Assembly (NCBI GenBank): GCA_030704615.1
Contig: CM060732.1
Coordinates: 29,264,001-29,328,000, forward strand
Origin: Takakia lepidozioides
Taxonomy: Eukaryota; Plantae; Bryophyta
DNA length: 64,000 nt
Direction: 5' to 3'
In this document: in pieces, positions 23,011 to 36,700 of the stretch
Position numbering within the stretch: position 1 is the first letter of the stretch
Layout of the letters: each line of letters begins with the position of its first letter
Program-made: the position numbers and the translations under genes
The notes under the pieces: model-generated
What the model saw: only the letters and a program-made list of their open reading frames with translations
What the model was told of the DNA's origin: nothing
Databases searched by the model: none

Positions 23011-23835
23011 ACTACCCAACCCTAAGGCATTCAAACAGATCAATTGATATTCTAATGAGATCTTCGGAGCGAACAAAACAACGAAAAGAAATAATTCACA
23101 TCAACATAGTGGCGATCATCATTCAAATGCTACAAACTTGCAAAGTTTGCAGATGCCATTGAGGATCCGTCTTTTGGCACAATCGCACGAAGGAAGTCAA
23201 ACGAGTAATACATACCTGTGTAAGGTGTCCATCCGCCAAAGTGACAGGACCACTGAGGTCTGGAAGGACGAAGTTCAAAAACATACCAATAGAGATCTGT
23301 TCCACCGACCGGGGCAAGACCACTTCCACTTACACGTATAGGAAACTGCAAGTATGCACTCATAGCCGTCAGCACTTTCCTACTTGTATACTTCTGCACC
23401 AGGGAAACAAAAGAGATGAGAGACAAAAATGTTGTAGAAAGCAGAGATCTATGGAAGCTCATGAGATATGTCATCACACACAAGATTCCAAATAGTTTAT
23501 CTGTCACCACAAAGACCCTAGACAAGACATGCTGAAGCTTCTCGAATAGTGAAGCTTCTCGAGCTCCAAACTGAAGTTTCTACAATGCGATTCAACTTGA
23601 GCTACTTGCAAATCGACAGGGTTCAAAATTCAAATTAAATTCTCCATCACTGCTTAAGGCGGCTCATTTACGTGCATCTGTACAGATAGTTGTTACGTCC
23701 CCTCACGCATTCCCATGCATATCCGTAGTTTCGCCGCATCTCTACACGTCGGTTGCATACGTACTATATTGTATTTCCTATTCTAAGACAATTACTATAA
23801 GTACAATTTAGGAACATACCAAAAACGTATACCTA

Positions 23836-24125
23836 GACTATCTTTCGAAAGATTAAAATATATTTAAATGGCGGGATATTTGGAAACCACTACTGCCGTG
23901 GACCTTTAAGAACTAAACACGAGAGTACATTTTCCTTCCAAGTTTGATATTTAAAACCTAAATAAAAGAAAAAGAAAAAGAACCTAAATCTACTATCTTT
24001 TGAAAGATTTAAAATATATTTTAAATGGCGGGATATTTTAAAACCACTGTGACTGCCGTGGACCCTTTAAAAACTAAAACCGAGAGTACATTTTCTTTCC
24101 AAGTTAGATATTTAAAACATAAACC
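23836..24125. repeat. AT-rich tandem duplication (~155 bp x2)
   Basis: ctatcttt.gaaagatt..taaatggcgggatatt..cgagagtacatttt..gatatttaaaac occurs twice. Confidence 0.85.
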
Positions 24126-24939
24126 TACATAATCATTAATATCGTATAGCAGATTTGAACCAAAGGTCTGCCCAACCGCAGTCGTCGCAGTTAACCATGT
24201 AGCCATGATCACTCCTTCAAGAAAGATTTAGAACTGGTTCTACTTATAAAGTGGTTGTATGTATAACGATCTCCGCCATAGAGAATGGACATTGTCATGT
24301 ACATGAGTGTCATGCGGTTAGTCATGCTGCTCACATCAGCCATCCATGTTGATTTCATCCATCGCCCCCATGTACATAGTACACACTATATGTATGTCAT
24401 CGCATGTCATCATATGCCGGCATAGAACGTTGCCGGGAAAGGCGTCCGGCAGGCAATGGTTACTGGAAGTGACTAAAACCGGCCGGTTAGGGGCGCTACT
24501 GCCGGGAAACTCTCCTGCACGTCCCCAGCCGGAAACCGGAACAAGGCAACCCCTGATTTATTGGGTGATGTCATTAAAATGAATAAGGTGCAAATGGGCC
24601 ACTAGGACTGCCGAGCACCGTTTGCCCTCTTTCACTAACTTGGCACGTGTTAGAGGTGCAGAATGGACGTTTTTACCGCAGGTGCAAAGAGGCCACCATA
24701 CCTTCGACATTCTAACCCTGACTCTTATCACGTCAGAATAACCAGGGTAGAGATTGCAGCTCTGTACATCCACGAATGGATGACCCCGAAAAGCGAAACT
24801 TGAAGTACCCTCTTTTAGATCCAGAGCGCGATATCCGAATGTACAGAGTACCAGACCAACGCTGATACCAGACCAACGCTGCTATCTCTACCTTAGTTAC
24901 ACTTCACATTTTAGGGGTGTTGGACCATGGTGTGATGCG

Positions 24940-25324
24940 TATAGAAAATTATCGACAAGGATAGACTTGCACGAGTCAGGAATGCCACAAGGAACTTGCA
25001 ATATCTGATTCAGATCAGGGGAACTACATAAAAGCTGAATTCACACTTCTTGCATAGAATGAGAGATGAAAGTCTAACACAAGATCAAAGACTATATACC
25101 TAGCTTCCATACCTTAGCATGAGTAAAGGCAGGAACAAAAAATGAGTATTGTTCAACGATCGTGCTTGGCTATGAGTAATAGTAACACATACTAGTGTGC
25201 CCAGTAAGTGGCGAGTCCGGTAAGCGGCGGAGCTTGGAAGTGGATCCTGGCTTTTCTAGATCATGAGTATACTCTACGAGTAGAGTACCAAATACTCTGC
25301 AGTTGTAGTTTCTAAATTTCTACA
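24940..25324 (-). repeat. Copia 3' LTR (TG...TA)
   Basis: Reverse complement of 29505-29889 with about six substitutions; adjacent polypurine tract TGAGTGGGAG. Confidence 0.95.
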
Positions 25325-25375
25325 CTCCCACTCAGTGAGCATTTTCTTGCAGATAATGCGATGTGGCCGATTTGA

Positions 25376-28300
25376 CTAGATATCTGACCCTTCCACTACT
25401 TCCGTTGACCCTCCCACTGCTTCTGTTGCAGGTAAGAGAATCATGCCAAGGAGTATGCGAAGCTTTTCGAACCGATTAGCCGGTAGTGCTTTCGTGAACA
25501 GGTCAGCTAGCTGTTGTATTGTCAAAATGTAGAGGACGTTAATGGTGCTGAGAATGTGGTGCTCACGAATAAAGTGGTACTGGACGTCGATATGCTTAGT
25601 TTGACGATGAAACTCAGGATTGTGGACGAGTCGAATAGAGCTTTGATTGTCGGAGTACAGCTTCGTAGGCTGAGCTTGAGGAAACCCCAGGTCAGTAAGG
25701 ATCCGGCGGAGCCAAACCACTTCCTTAGTGATAGTGCTTGCAGCGATGTACTCCGCCTCCGTTGTAGAGCTGGCAACACAGGTCTGTTTCCGGCTACACC
25801 ATATGACAGGTGCTTGATTGAGAAGAATTGTGCAGCCCGTCCTAGACTTTCTGTCAGTAATATCCCCAGCGTAGTCGGCATCGGCATAGGCCTCAATGAG
25901 GTTCGTTCCGTTGTTGCCATCATAACACAAAGCAAGATGAATAGTGCCAGAGAGATACTTGAAGATTCTCTTGACTGCAAAACAATGGGACCTCTGAGGC
26001 CGAGAAGAGAATTTTGCAACTGTGTTCACGGCGTAGGAGATGTCAGGTCTAGTGCCCATTTGAGCAAACTGCAGACTTCCCACCGCTTCTGAGTAGGGGA
26101 ATGACAGGTCGGAGTCGTTCAGAGAGTCTAGGGTGTCTACATCAAGTCGAACGTTGGGGTCCGATGGAGTAGCAACGGGTGTGCAGTGATCAAAGCCGAA
26201 GCGATGGAGAATTCTCTTGATATACATGGATTGGTCAATCCAGAGCAGCTTGTGCGCACGATCTCGTATAATGTGGAGACCAACGTACACATCAACAGTA
26301 GATGTAGAGACTTCAAATTCTTTCTCCATGTGCAAGATCATACCTGTAAGTTTTTCTGTGTGAATGCAACACCCGAGCCCATCGTCGACAAAGATGGTCG
26401 TGATGAGAAGGGGCAGCTGCCGGCTGGAGTAGACACAGGGATTGGCGTCGGTAGGGTGCAGATCGTATTGTGTCAGGAAATCGTGGAACTCTTGATTCCA
26501 AACTCTGGAAGATTGCTTGAGCCCGTAGAGGCTCCGGCAAACCTTCCCAGCTTCTTCCCCAGGGGCTGTGAAGCCTTCAGGTTGTAGCATGTAAATTTCC
26601 TCCTCCAGGTGCCCGTACAAAAACGCAGTCTTGATATCAAATTGGACTATGTCCATATTCTGCTGGGCAGCAATGGAAAGCACAGTCCTGATGGACTCAT
26701 ACTTAACGACTGGGGAAAAGGTCTGATCATAGTCCACGCCATATTCTTGGCTGTAACCCTTGGCCACGAGTCGAACCTTGTATTTTGCAATGGCCCCTGT
26801 ATACGTCGTCTTTATCCTGTATACCCACTTACAGGAAATAGCCTTGCGGCCAACAGGTAAGTGTGTCAAGACCCATGTCTCGTTTTTTGTCAGGGACTGG
26901 AATTCCTCGCTCATTGCTTTTTGCCATTCAATGGAGTCAGGGCAACTAATGGCCTCAGAAAAAGTGACTGGCTCCTCTGGCAGAACATTGGTTTCCACAA
27001 TACCTGCAAAAGAGTTAACGTAATAATCTCTGAGCCTTCCAGGTGGTCCCCGAAGTTGTTGGGGTCGTACATTAGCATGCTGATCGGCCAAATGACCATC
27101 ACCGTTGGGAGCTTCGGAGGCAGCAGCCAAATCACGTTTTTGAACTGTAACTTCTTCTTCGATAGGAGCTATCTCAAATGTCTCGGCTGCAGTTGCCGGA
27201 GTGCTCTCATCAATGGCCGTTGATTCATGATCTTCATGGCCTGCAGGTGGTATCACGGAAGTGATGATATCATAGAAAAGCCCTGATGCTTCATCAAAAT
27301 GATGATCAGCAATGTCATGGGGCGATGAAAACTCATCAAAAAGCACGTCGCGACAGATCATAATTCGATGCTTCTTAGCATCCCAAAGACGATAGGCCTT
27401 AGAGTGAGAGCAATATCCGACAAAGATGGTCTTGAGGCTCTTAGAATCTAGTTTCTTTCTGAGCTCTTTGGGGATGTGTGCATACGCGATGCTTCCAAAC
27501 ACTCGTAAATGATCCACTGCGGGTTTATGGCCCGTCCATAATTCATAAGGTGTCACTCCATTGTGCACTCGAGAACCTGAACGGTTGAGTACGTAGGTTG
27601 CAGTCTGGGCTGCCTCCCCCCAATATTGCAAGTTCAATTGCTTGGCGTGTAGCATGCTGCGAATAGATTCAATGAGGGTTCTATTCTCTCGCTCTTCTGA
27701 TCCATTCTGCTCCGGGGAGTATGGGGCCGTGGTCTCATGGCGAATTCCAGCATCATCGAAATATTTGATGAACTCGGTGCTCAAATATTCGCCTCCCCTG
27801 TCACTACGGAGCTTTGTAATTTTGTTCCCAGTTTCTCTCAAAACTGCTGCTTCAAGCTGCTTGAAGGCATCGAAGACATCTGATTTCTTGTGGATGCAAT
27901 ACACAAAGCGGTATCCACTGAAATTATCCTTAAACAGGACAAAGTACCGGGCCCCTCCAAATGAGTTGACACTCATGGGCCCACAAACATCAGTGTGAAA
28001 GAATTCGCCAGCTTTTTGTGCGCGGAGTGCCAATGGGCGGACTGGGAATGGCTGCTTGTGGTTCTTCCCAAAGGCACAACCTTCGCATAGGCCAAGCTCA
28101 TAGTTCTTGTTTGCAAGTTGCAGACCTGTAACCACATTGCTTTTCACCATTTGGAGGATCATGTTGGTGTTGACATGGCCAAAACGCTCGTGCCATACAC
28201 TCAAGCTTTTGGCAGTATGCATTTTTCCATTGGGAGGTGAATTTGAATTGGTCCGGGCGACGTTGGCCTTGCTTGTGGGTTTCACCACCCTAAGCTGTAG

Positions 28301-29220
28301 TCCATACAATTTGTCAGACCGAATGCCAGTCAACACAACTTTGCCTCGTCCTTCTTGGCTAGTGAGAAAACATTCATCTCGCCTGTAGGTGGTCACAAAC
28401 CCCTTATCAGCTGCTTGACCTACTGAAAAAAGGTTCTTCTTGAGCTCTGGTACATAGAGGACGCGTGCCATCGTTCTCTTTTCCCAGTTATTATCAACCA
28501 GACACTCGATCACGATGTTGCCGACACCACAAACCCAAAGCTTCGTGTTATCGGCAATCATAACTGGCCACTTGCCTGGAACAATCTCCTCAAGAGTATC
28601 AAACCACTCAAGCTTATCCGTCATATGCTCAGTAGCACCACCATCCGCATACCAAGTGTTGTCACTCTTAGATTTCTCATCTTGTTTCTTCTTTTCGCAC
28701 TCCCTTTCCCAGTGACCTTTTGCGTGACAGTAGTTACATCTGGTCCTCTTCTTAAGCTCAGTGATTCGCTGGGCACGCTTAATTTTCTCCTCCGCTGTGG
28801 CAGGCTTTTGCATGCTGCTACTGCTTGGGTGACTAGAGAAAAATGCTTTATCATGACCTCCCTCCTCAGATGCGTCATGTATGCGATTGCGACCTTCCTC
28901 CTTCAACAATCGGAGGGTGAGGTTTTCGATGGTCTGTTGGTCGGCGGGGACGCTGTCCCATGCAGAGGCCAGATGTCTATAACTTTGTGGCAAAGTTCCT
29001 ATGATCTTGGTCATGACAGCTTGGTCTGAAATGGACTCTCCAAAATCATTAAGCTGGTTTGCCATGACCTCAATGGTGCTGATGTGGTCAGCAACGTTGT
29101 CATCAGATTTCATACGGAAATCGAAGAATTTTCGCTAGAGCAGCTGTAGGTTTTCGGTGGCGTTTTGCTCATGCACGGTGCAGAGGCGTTGCCACATTTG
29201 TTGGGAGGTCCTGCAAGTCA
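25376..29220 (-). CDS. Copia gag-pol polyprotein (gag C-terminus, zinc knuckle, protease, integrase, RT, RNase H)
   Basis: CNYCHAKGHWEREC; WYADGGATEHM; WHERFGH..CEGC; FHTDVCG, RSDRGGEY; QFDIKTAFL, FVDDGL; YADADYAG, QLADLFTKAL; 1245-aa ORF plus one upstream stop. Confidence 0.97.
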
Positions 29221-29504
29221 GTTGAATGTACTTTCTACCCATGAAACCTGATAAAAGTATCTTCCACACACACACACACACACATTAAAGTGAGGAGAAA
29301 AATGAGACCTGATTCAGTGTGACACACTCAGCAATTTTCATATTTCTATAGGATTCCCTGCACAATAACACTGTCATACCCTTGTCAATGGCTTCACACC
29401 AACCCAGATTCAAAGCTCCAACCAAACTGGCGACAAGCATCACAGTAGGCTGAGGGCTCCATGAACTGAAATGTAGTCCTCTCACACTCAAATGGTGCCC
29501 GCAT

Positions 29505-29889
29505 TGTAGAAATTTAGAAACTACAACTGCAGAGTATTTGGTACTCTATTCGTAGAGTATACTCATGATCTAGAAAAGCCAGGATCCACTTCCAAGCTCT
29601 GCCGCTTACCGGACTCGCCACTTACTGGGCACACTAGTATGTGTTACTTTTACTCATAGCCAAGCACGATCGTTGAACAGTACTCATTTTTTGTTCCTGC
29701 CTTTACTCATGCTAAGGTATGGAAGCTAGGTATATAGTCTTTGATCTTGTGTTAGACTTTCATCTCTCATTCTATGCAAGAAGTGTGAGTTCAGCTTTTA
29801 TGTAGTTCCCCTGATCTGAATCAGATATCGCAAGTTCCTTGTGGCATTCCTGACTCGTGCAAGTCTATCCTTGTCGATAATTTTCTATA
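29505..29889 (+). repeat. Copia 5' LTR
   Basis: Starts TGTAG, ends CTATA, immediately followed by PBS GGTTATGGGCCCA. Confidence 0.95.
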
Positions 29890-30028
29890 GGTTATGGGCC
29901 CACAACCTTTGCAGCTTCCATAGATAGATTTGTATCCACTGTGACACTTCTGACTTCCACTGATAGCACTTTAAGTCATAACTTCTCGGTAGTAGTCATT
30001 TTTATCCTATCTGATCTTGAAGCGAAAG

Positions 30029-30270
30029 ATGGGAACCAGAAATGATCCAGCTCGGGACCTGGTCAATGTTAAGAAGTTCAACGGAGAGAACTTCGGCATG
30101 TGGAAATTTCAGATGAGTGTCATGCTTCGTGCCAAGAAGCTGTTTGATATAGTTGTCGGGACTAACACTAGAGAGGATGCAACGAATGAGGATGAGTGGA
30201 CTGATAAGGATAATATTTGTCAGTCCATCATTTGTTCTTATGTGGATACTAAGTTTCTGCTGCACACTGA
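30029..30270 (+). pseudogene. Copia gag N-terminus, separated from the rest of gag by the inversion
   Basis: VKKFNGENFGMWKFQMSVMLRAKKLFDIVVG..WTDKD..; continues logically as TCRTSQQMWQRL at 29220 (-). Confidence 0.9.
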
Positions 30271-32809
30271 AGGTATGGACGAGGATAACAGACAATGAGG
30301 TGGTGGAGGTCAGAGGTATTTTTGGAGTTGTGGGCCACTGGTCGGAGGTACTTCCGCCTTTTGAGGTTTGCGAACGAGGGCCCAATAAAATGGCCGTTCA
30401 GGGCAAATCCTCCTCAGCTCTGTTTCATTATCCCGCAGTTGCGTACAATTTCACTGTCACATGGTCTCCCGTTTCTTACAGACCATGATCAAGTGCTTCA
30501 TTTGAAAGCAGCACTAAAAGGATGCATCCGAACCATCGAGTAGGACCATCAAGCAGTTACTTGTTCCAGTTTGCCATATGTTTCTAGTCCACATATATGC
30601 AGAGACAGATGGCTACGCCGCCCTACCCATAAGATAAGCCTGCTAGCACAAGGAGAGGAGAGGAGAGGCTCAGGAGAGGTACCTAGGCGAAGTGTAGGAG
30701 GGACATCAGTCCAGCCTCAAATCCAAACTCTGAGAAGCTGCATGGACTACTTAGGTTGAGCACTGCCGACTTTCATTCCAATGCCATGTTTTCTTTCAGT
30801 AAGTTCTGTTGCCTTCGCTGACAGCATTTACCAGTCACATGAGACTGGGGAGATGAGGTATATTTCGATTGAGAAAGAAAGACAGAGGGAGAGAGAGGTC
30901 ATCTCCCAAAAAACATTTGTGGGCAAACTTTGAGTGATTGCAGCCCAGCATGTCTGACAGGCTACAGCTTGAGGCACGCTCTTGAAGCCTTCGGTGACGC
31001 GGTTCTATTGTGCGATGCAAACTAGACCCAAAAAATGCTGTGTAATCTACCACCTCATTGATTGTTGGGCCCATCACCGTCACCAGGAAATCCACTTTTG
31101 GCTGCAATGAGTTGCTAATGCTTTTCGTCATGTGATTTATGCCTTGTCAAATCGTTGCCACATAATTGACCGAATGATGGAACTTATCATCAACGCTGCC
31201 ACAATTCCTATCCCTCACCATCAAATTCTCGTTAAAGAGAAAAGACTGGTTTGATGACTCGAATCCCCTGCTTCAACCCGGTTGCCCAAATCTTACCAGA
31301 GTATTTTTTAACAATGAAAAGATGCAAAATCCCCAATAGTGTACTGAGCTTCCAAAGTCAAATATTGTTCAGTGTGCTACACAGAAGCAAACTTTAGCAT
31401 AGAGACGGTAGGATAACTTAGCTGGGAATAGAGAGAGAGAGAGAGAGAGTACGGTACTTTAACTTGACAATTGCTACATTCTCTAAAATGTAACATCCAA
31501 ATAAAGTGCTTCCTGGAACATGTAATATTGAATCCCTGAAGACATCAGCAGAATCAAACTAATGCTGCTGCTTCCATGATAGCCCGTCTGCCTGATCCTT
31601 TCCAGCTCCTTTTGGAGAAAAGTTGACGTCTTCTTTTGTCAGGACCCTTTTGGCCCCTTGGGTGTTTGAACATAAAAAGTTTGAACCCATTGATTTCAAA
31701 CCATGAACAATCCAATTTAATGGGAGAGAATTGTGCGAGAGAAGGGGGCTCAGGTCTCTCTCTGTACATACCATGGTCACCCCCCAGGCAAAAACTAATT
31801 GAACTCAATCTTTTGGTGATGATACATATCGTCTTGTTAAGAGTTGCCTATCGCAGCCAGGAAAGATCACTCTGCATCCAGATTGCCGTAACAGTTCGAG
31901 ACACATGTGATTTGGTCACTGGCAGCAATCCAAATCGCATTTTTCTGTGCACATTGTCACAACCCGGTCTGTTTGTGATGTGCGCTTCACCCATCTTAAC
32001 AATTAACTTACAGCCTAAGAACATACACTGCTCACAAAAATAGTGGTGGTAGCTCCTAAGTTGGCAACTGCCCACGTATGTGGATTATGTACAAATATAT
32101 ATATGACCTGTTAGTAAAGAAATTCCTGATTATTGAGCTATATACGGTACGTTGGGGGTATGGGGTATGATGGAAACAAGACCTGCACAGAGAAGAAGAG
32201 GTACTAACGCAGAAGGATCTGCTCCCAGCATAAAAGCGGCAACTCTCCGTGGTGCTCCCTGCCAAGCATAGTACCAATAAGACGGCTATCTGGCAAACAG
32301 GCAGTTCAACCTGTCGAGACAGCATGAACGAAGTACATCTTGCAAAGTATTTCCTGTCAACAAGTTTGCCGGTTGCACAAATCCTGCTACGGGTAAATGT
32401 ATGAAGGACCCGGGACATTTCAATTTTAGAGGCGTTACCATTTCCATTGTCCCTCTAGACAGTAAAATTCAACAGGTGAACCAGTGAAGCGCAGGATAAA
32501 AGTTGAAGTAGTTAAAGTTCGTTTAGCGTCCAGCGGATTTAGTACAGAGCCTACTGCTTGAGAGGAAACTGCACTCAGATTGCAATATATGATAGTGCTG
32601 GAGTAAATTTGTACTGTGCAGCAAAGATTACTAAAGACAAAAGAGAGATACAGCTCTAGATGATAGACAAGGTGATCGACGGCGAAAGATGTCGGCAAAG
32701 AGAGAAATTTTCACTGAGCGACAGAGAGGAAGACACATCTGACATATAAAAAAATCAGGGACAGGGGTAAATACAGGTCTAGACAGGAAATCTGAAGAAC
32801 GCACCAACA

Positions 32810-33720
32810 ACAGAGAACATTGCAATTTTCACGCATGTTGACGGATCGGACGAATTCGAGGATGACGCGTTTCGGTGCATCAACAAAAGAGCGAGCAGGA
32901 AGTCTGGCTATGGTAGCCGCGCCATGCGGTAACCTGTAGTCCGCACTTTTATAGTAGCGATGCCATCCCCCTCGCCAAGCGAGGGATTGCCAGCCTAAGC
33001 GAGTCATGACGACTTCCAGATCATCATGAGTGAAAATTTGCCGCATTGATTGAAAGTCCAGAATGCATCGGTGTGTCTCCGGCGTGTCATCCAACTGATC
33101 AAACAACATTAGATATCACACAAGTCTAATAAAATTGCATCTGGACAGTGACTAGTTCGTCAAAGACTTTGCCATCATTTCAGTTGTCCGGAGGGTTGCA
33201 CAGTTTTCATGTATACAAAAATGCCTTACCATTATTTCACATGCCACCTGCCAACGAGTCTTTTGGCTAAGATCAAGATCAATTGTATGCTTCGTTGCAA
33301 GAACTCTAGTAAGATCGAGCTCTGAGTGTCGACAATTAATTCTGACTCTGGGATGATTGTCTTCCTTGCTGTCGCTTGATTCAAGCATAAACCTACTCAC
33401 GAGACAGTGCCTGAGCAGATCGTAATCTTGATCATCGACTAGACTCTCGTTTGGTTCGAAGCAAGAGACAGAGATTCAGCGTATCCGTCTGTCATATCAT
33501 AACCATGCAGAACTACGGTTTCCCTGACGTTATTAAGACACCAACACACTCCACAAATTCCTACCAAGTATTCGGTATATAATATGATTACCTCGTTCAA
33601 GAACAATCTGCGAAAAGCCGCCATCGCCATAGAACGGGCTCTCCCCATTCAGTGAATCACCGAAGCTCTCTACGACTTTTCCTCCAGTCCATAATCTTGA
33701 ATGTTCGCCCTGCCTCAAAA
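32810..33720 (-). pseudogene. Disrupted ORF of unknown function; C-terminal ~90 aa loosely FPF1-like
   Basis: HRCILDFQSMRQIFTHDDLEVVMTRLGWQ...RLPARSF..EFVRSVN resembles FPF1 spacing (LE..L..LGW..ISLP.DF); weak. Confidence 0.3.
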
Positions 33721-36700
33721 AATCTCACCGACCTCTGTTTTCGCTTGGCCTTCTTTCCCGGTACACACATCAATCCTGCCTTGTCAAAGAAGCTCCCCTT
33801 CCTCTGACCCTCAAAACCTCTGGTTAACTGATCAACGTAGCCTACAGCCTCCCGATCTGCACGGCCCGCTCTCTATCTTTCTTGATCTCACAGCAAAAAA
33901 GGGAACAGCTCACTTGAAATCGTCCTCCTCGGCGTTGCCCGGGCGCACCCGGTGAAATGCCGGGTCACGTTCACAAGTATCCGTTACCAAGCGTCATAAA
34001 ACTCCACGACATTCATCCATCCATTTGAGTCAAAGATGACGACTCCCTCTCTGCGAGCGAGAAGTGCAACAAGAGCATCTCCTCACAAACTTGGGAGAAG
34101 CGCAGCACAGCACAGCACAGCATTCTGTAGAGGGGAGCTTGGGGCCTTTGAGTGACTGAAATCCGAAGACCGAAGGAAAAGACGAGTCGGATTTTGCTTG
34201 GATATTCCTTTGCAAATGCAGATGCAGCATCTCTCGGGACTTCGAGGGCCAGCTGCTGTTCTCAATTTTCCAGGGTTTGGCTGTCTTCATGGCCTATGTC
34301 AATTCATCGCCTGGTAGGTCCAAACCAAGATAGGCTGCCAGTCCCATATTGAACTTGTCTTGTATCCCATCCAATGAGCCTGGCAGGTAGAGAATATTTG
34401 CTTTCGAGTGGGCGCAGGCCGGGTACTGATCCCACGATAAGAGACCATCCCGCACTACAGTGACTAATAAGAGCCTTCAAGCAAGTTTTTCGCACCGACC
34501 GGAGGCTGAATTTGCTGCACCATACGGCAGTCCTGGATTGAGCTCTGGGGGCCTCTGCCGACCTCTGCCGACTTAAGAATACCTCCGACAATACTGACTA
34601 GACCGGGGGGGGGGAGGGAATTGGCCACTCAGGAGGACACCGTGATTGAACAAACACCAATCAGCAAAGTGTCAACGGAGGATCGCAGTGTCATTGAACG
34701 CACAAGTAGCATGTTAGCAGCACCACAGTGCAATGTGTAAGCCAGCCGTTATGCCCCTTGAACTTGAATTGTAATTTTGTATTATTTCGGGGTTTGCAAG
34801 TGTTTCAAGCTTTGAAAACTTTCACTACTACGTTTAGGGGGGGTTAGCGACGCCGGGACCCCGGGTGAGCCGGACGTGCCAACCCCCCTGCGACGCAAGA
34901 ACCACAACAGTGACAGCCTTAAAGGACTCAGATTCAAGATTGGATTGGATTGTAAGGAATCTCTGCATTTCAGTATGGTCTGTGATTGACCCTCATGCTT
35001 TTCTATACCTTCTCTCTTGCTTTTGTTGCTTTTCTTTGTTTTTCTGTCTTGAGTTCGAGTAGTGCAAGCAGTCAATGAACAGAAGGTCAAGTGCTTAGGG
35101 TTTGCAAATAATTTATTTATTCCATAGGATGGAATCTGCTCAGATTCAAGATAGAACAACAATAGAACAATAGTGGAAAGAAAAGGGACAATTCTTCATG
35201 ATTAGTTTGTTTCTTAGCTATGGCTAGTGTTAGGGTAGTGACGTGCGGTTAACGATCTCCCTTTGAAGGTGGGGTTACTTTATTTTCATACTTGCCCTCT
35301 AGACCCCCGATGACAATGCAAATCAATAATTCTATTGCCGTCGCAAGTGTGCACCGCAGCACTATAGTTCATTGCTGCATGTTAGCCTCACCTTACCGTG
35401 GGCCCAGGTTATGTAGATTCTTGGCACCTTGACTTCAGAATCTTTGCTTGATTATGACCTGTTGTTCTACGAGCCCACATACTCATGCAGGTATGCTTTA
35501 GGACCGTGTAGGTGAGATTCTTCCGGAGCTGTTAGGGTTTCGTGCTAAAATGTGTTTTGCTAGCTCTTTGAATGTCCAAGTTTTCCAGACTTAAAGGACT
35601 ATTATTTTGTTAAGGTCGGTCAGATTGAGGGCAGGTTTAAAGTGTTCTGCGTTCTTGCTTCTTTTCTCTTCGGTGTGTTACGTTTTCCCAGTCTATATAC
35701 ATTGGCTGTCACTGTTGTGGTTCTTGCCAAGATCCAGGTAGGGTACTGATCAGTGGTCGGTCAGATTGCGGCAGATGATGGCAGGTTTAAAGTGTTGTGT
35801 GGCCTAAAACCCTAACTCTAAACCGTCATTTTGGTAGTTCACTTGTGAGTGATTGCCGTCCTTGCATCCACTTCTATTTTTATTGTGATGACCTGTGAAT
35901 CAGTAGAGTTCAACCCTTAACGATTTCTTGAGTACCATCTTCAGAGGATAGAAAGCTCTAGCCAAAATTGTGCGCATGTTTTGAGCTGTTAATTGGTCGA
36001 TGACAGAATGTGGTTGTTGGTGACTTATGTGAGTTAACCAAAACCGCCTTGGCTGCAAAACCTTCTGTGACAGTGTTCACCCATTAGCTAGGGTGTCAGA
36101 TAGTGCGTCATGGAGAGAGTCTGGTGAATGTCGATGGGTTGCCTAGGGCAGTCTGAGCCCGTTTGTTTTTATGTCTGCAATTCTGATGATGGGCAGGCAC
36201 ATTTGAATTCTTGATGGGCAGTTGATTGTTGAACCCGCTGCAGTTGCTGATTTGTTCGATGATTCGTTCAATGCGTAGCATGGAGTCAAGTGTTTGCAAT
36301 TTTTTTGGTTTCTTGGCTGCGTTGTGCACTCAGGGTTTCAACAGCTTCTCCCAATCCCGTGTGTGATCCTGTGTACGGTTGATACACGCAGTTTATTCAT
36401 TCGATAGATCCATGTTAACAAGTAAAATGTGAGGAGGGTCCTTTGAAAGACACGGTTGTTTGTTATTTATATGTGGAATTGTGGTTGAGCACTACATGAT
36501 AGATGCAACTCAACAACATGGGTTGGTCACATGCATCTGTTGTGGGGATACTTCTCAAAGCTTTTGTAGCACCTACAACAGGTAGCAGGGTTTTGCTTTT
36601 CTTCCTGCTTTTGTTGCTTTTCTTTGTTTTTCTGTCTGGAGTTCGAGTAGTTTAAGCAATCAAGCGATTCCTTGGACCCAGGAGACTATACCTTTAAGCA

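Larger units (their letters stand above)
24940..30270 (-). mobile_element. Ty1/copia LTR retrotransposon with its 5' end inverted
   Basis: 385-bp LTRs at 24940-25324 (-) and 29505-29889 (+); PPT 25325-25334; PBS GGTTATGGGCCCA at 29890; TSD CGCAT at 29500-29504 and (rc) 24935-24939. Confidence 0.95.

Noticed and set aside
24940-29889. DIRS-like or TIR element with 385-bp inverted termini
   Set aside because: Internal domains, PBS, PPT and TSD show an ordinary copia element rearranged by inversion; no tyrosine recombinase
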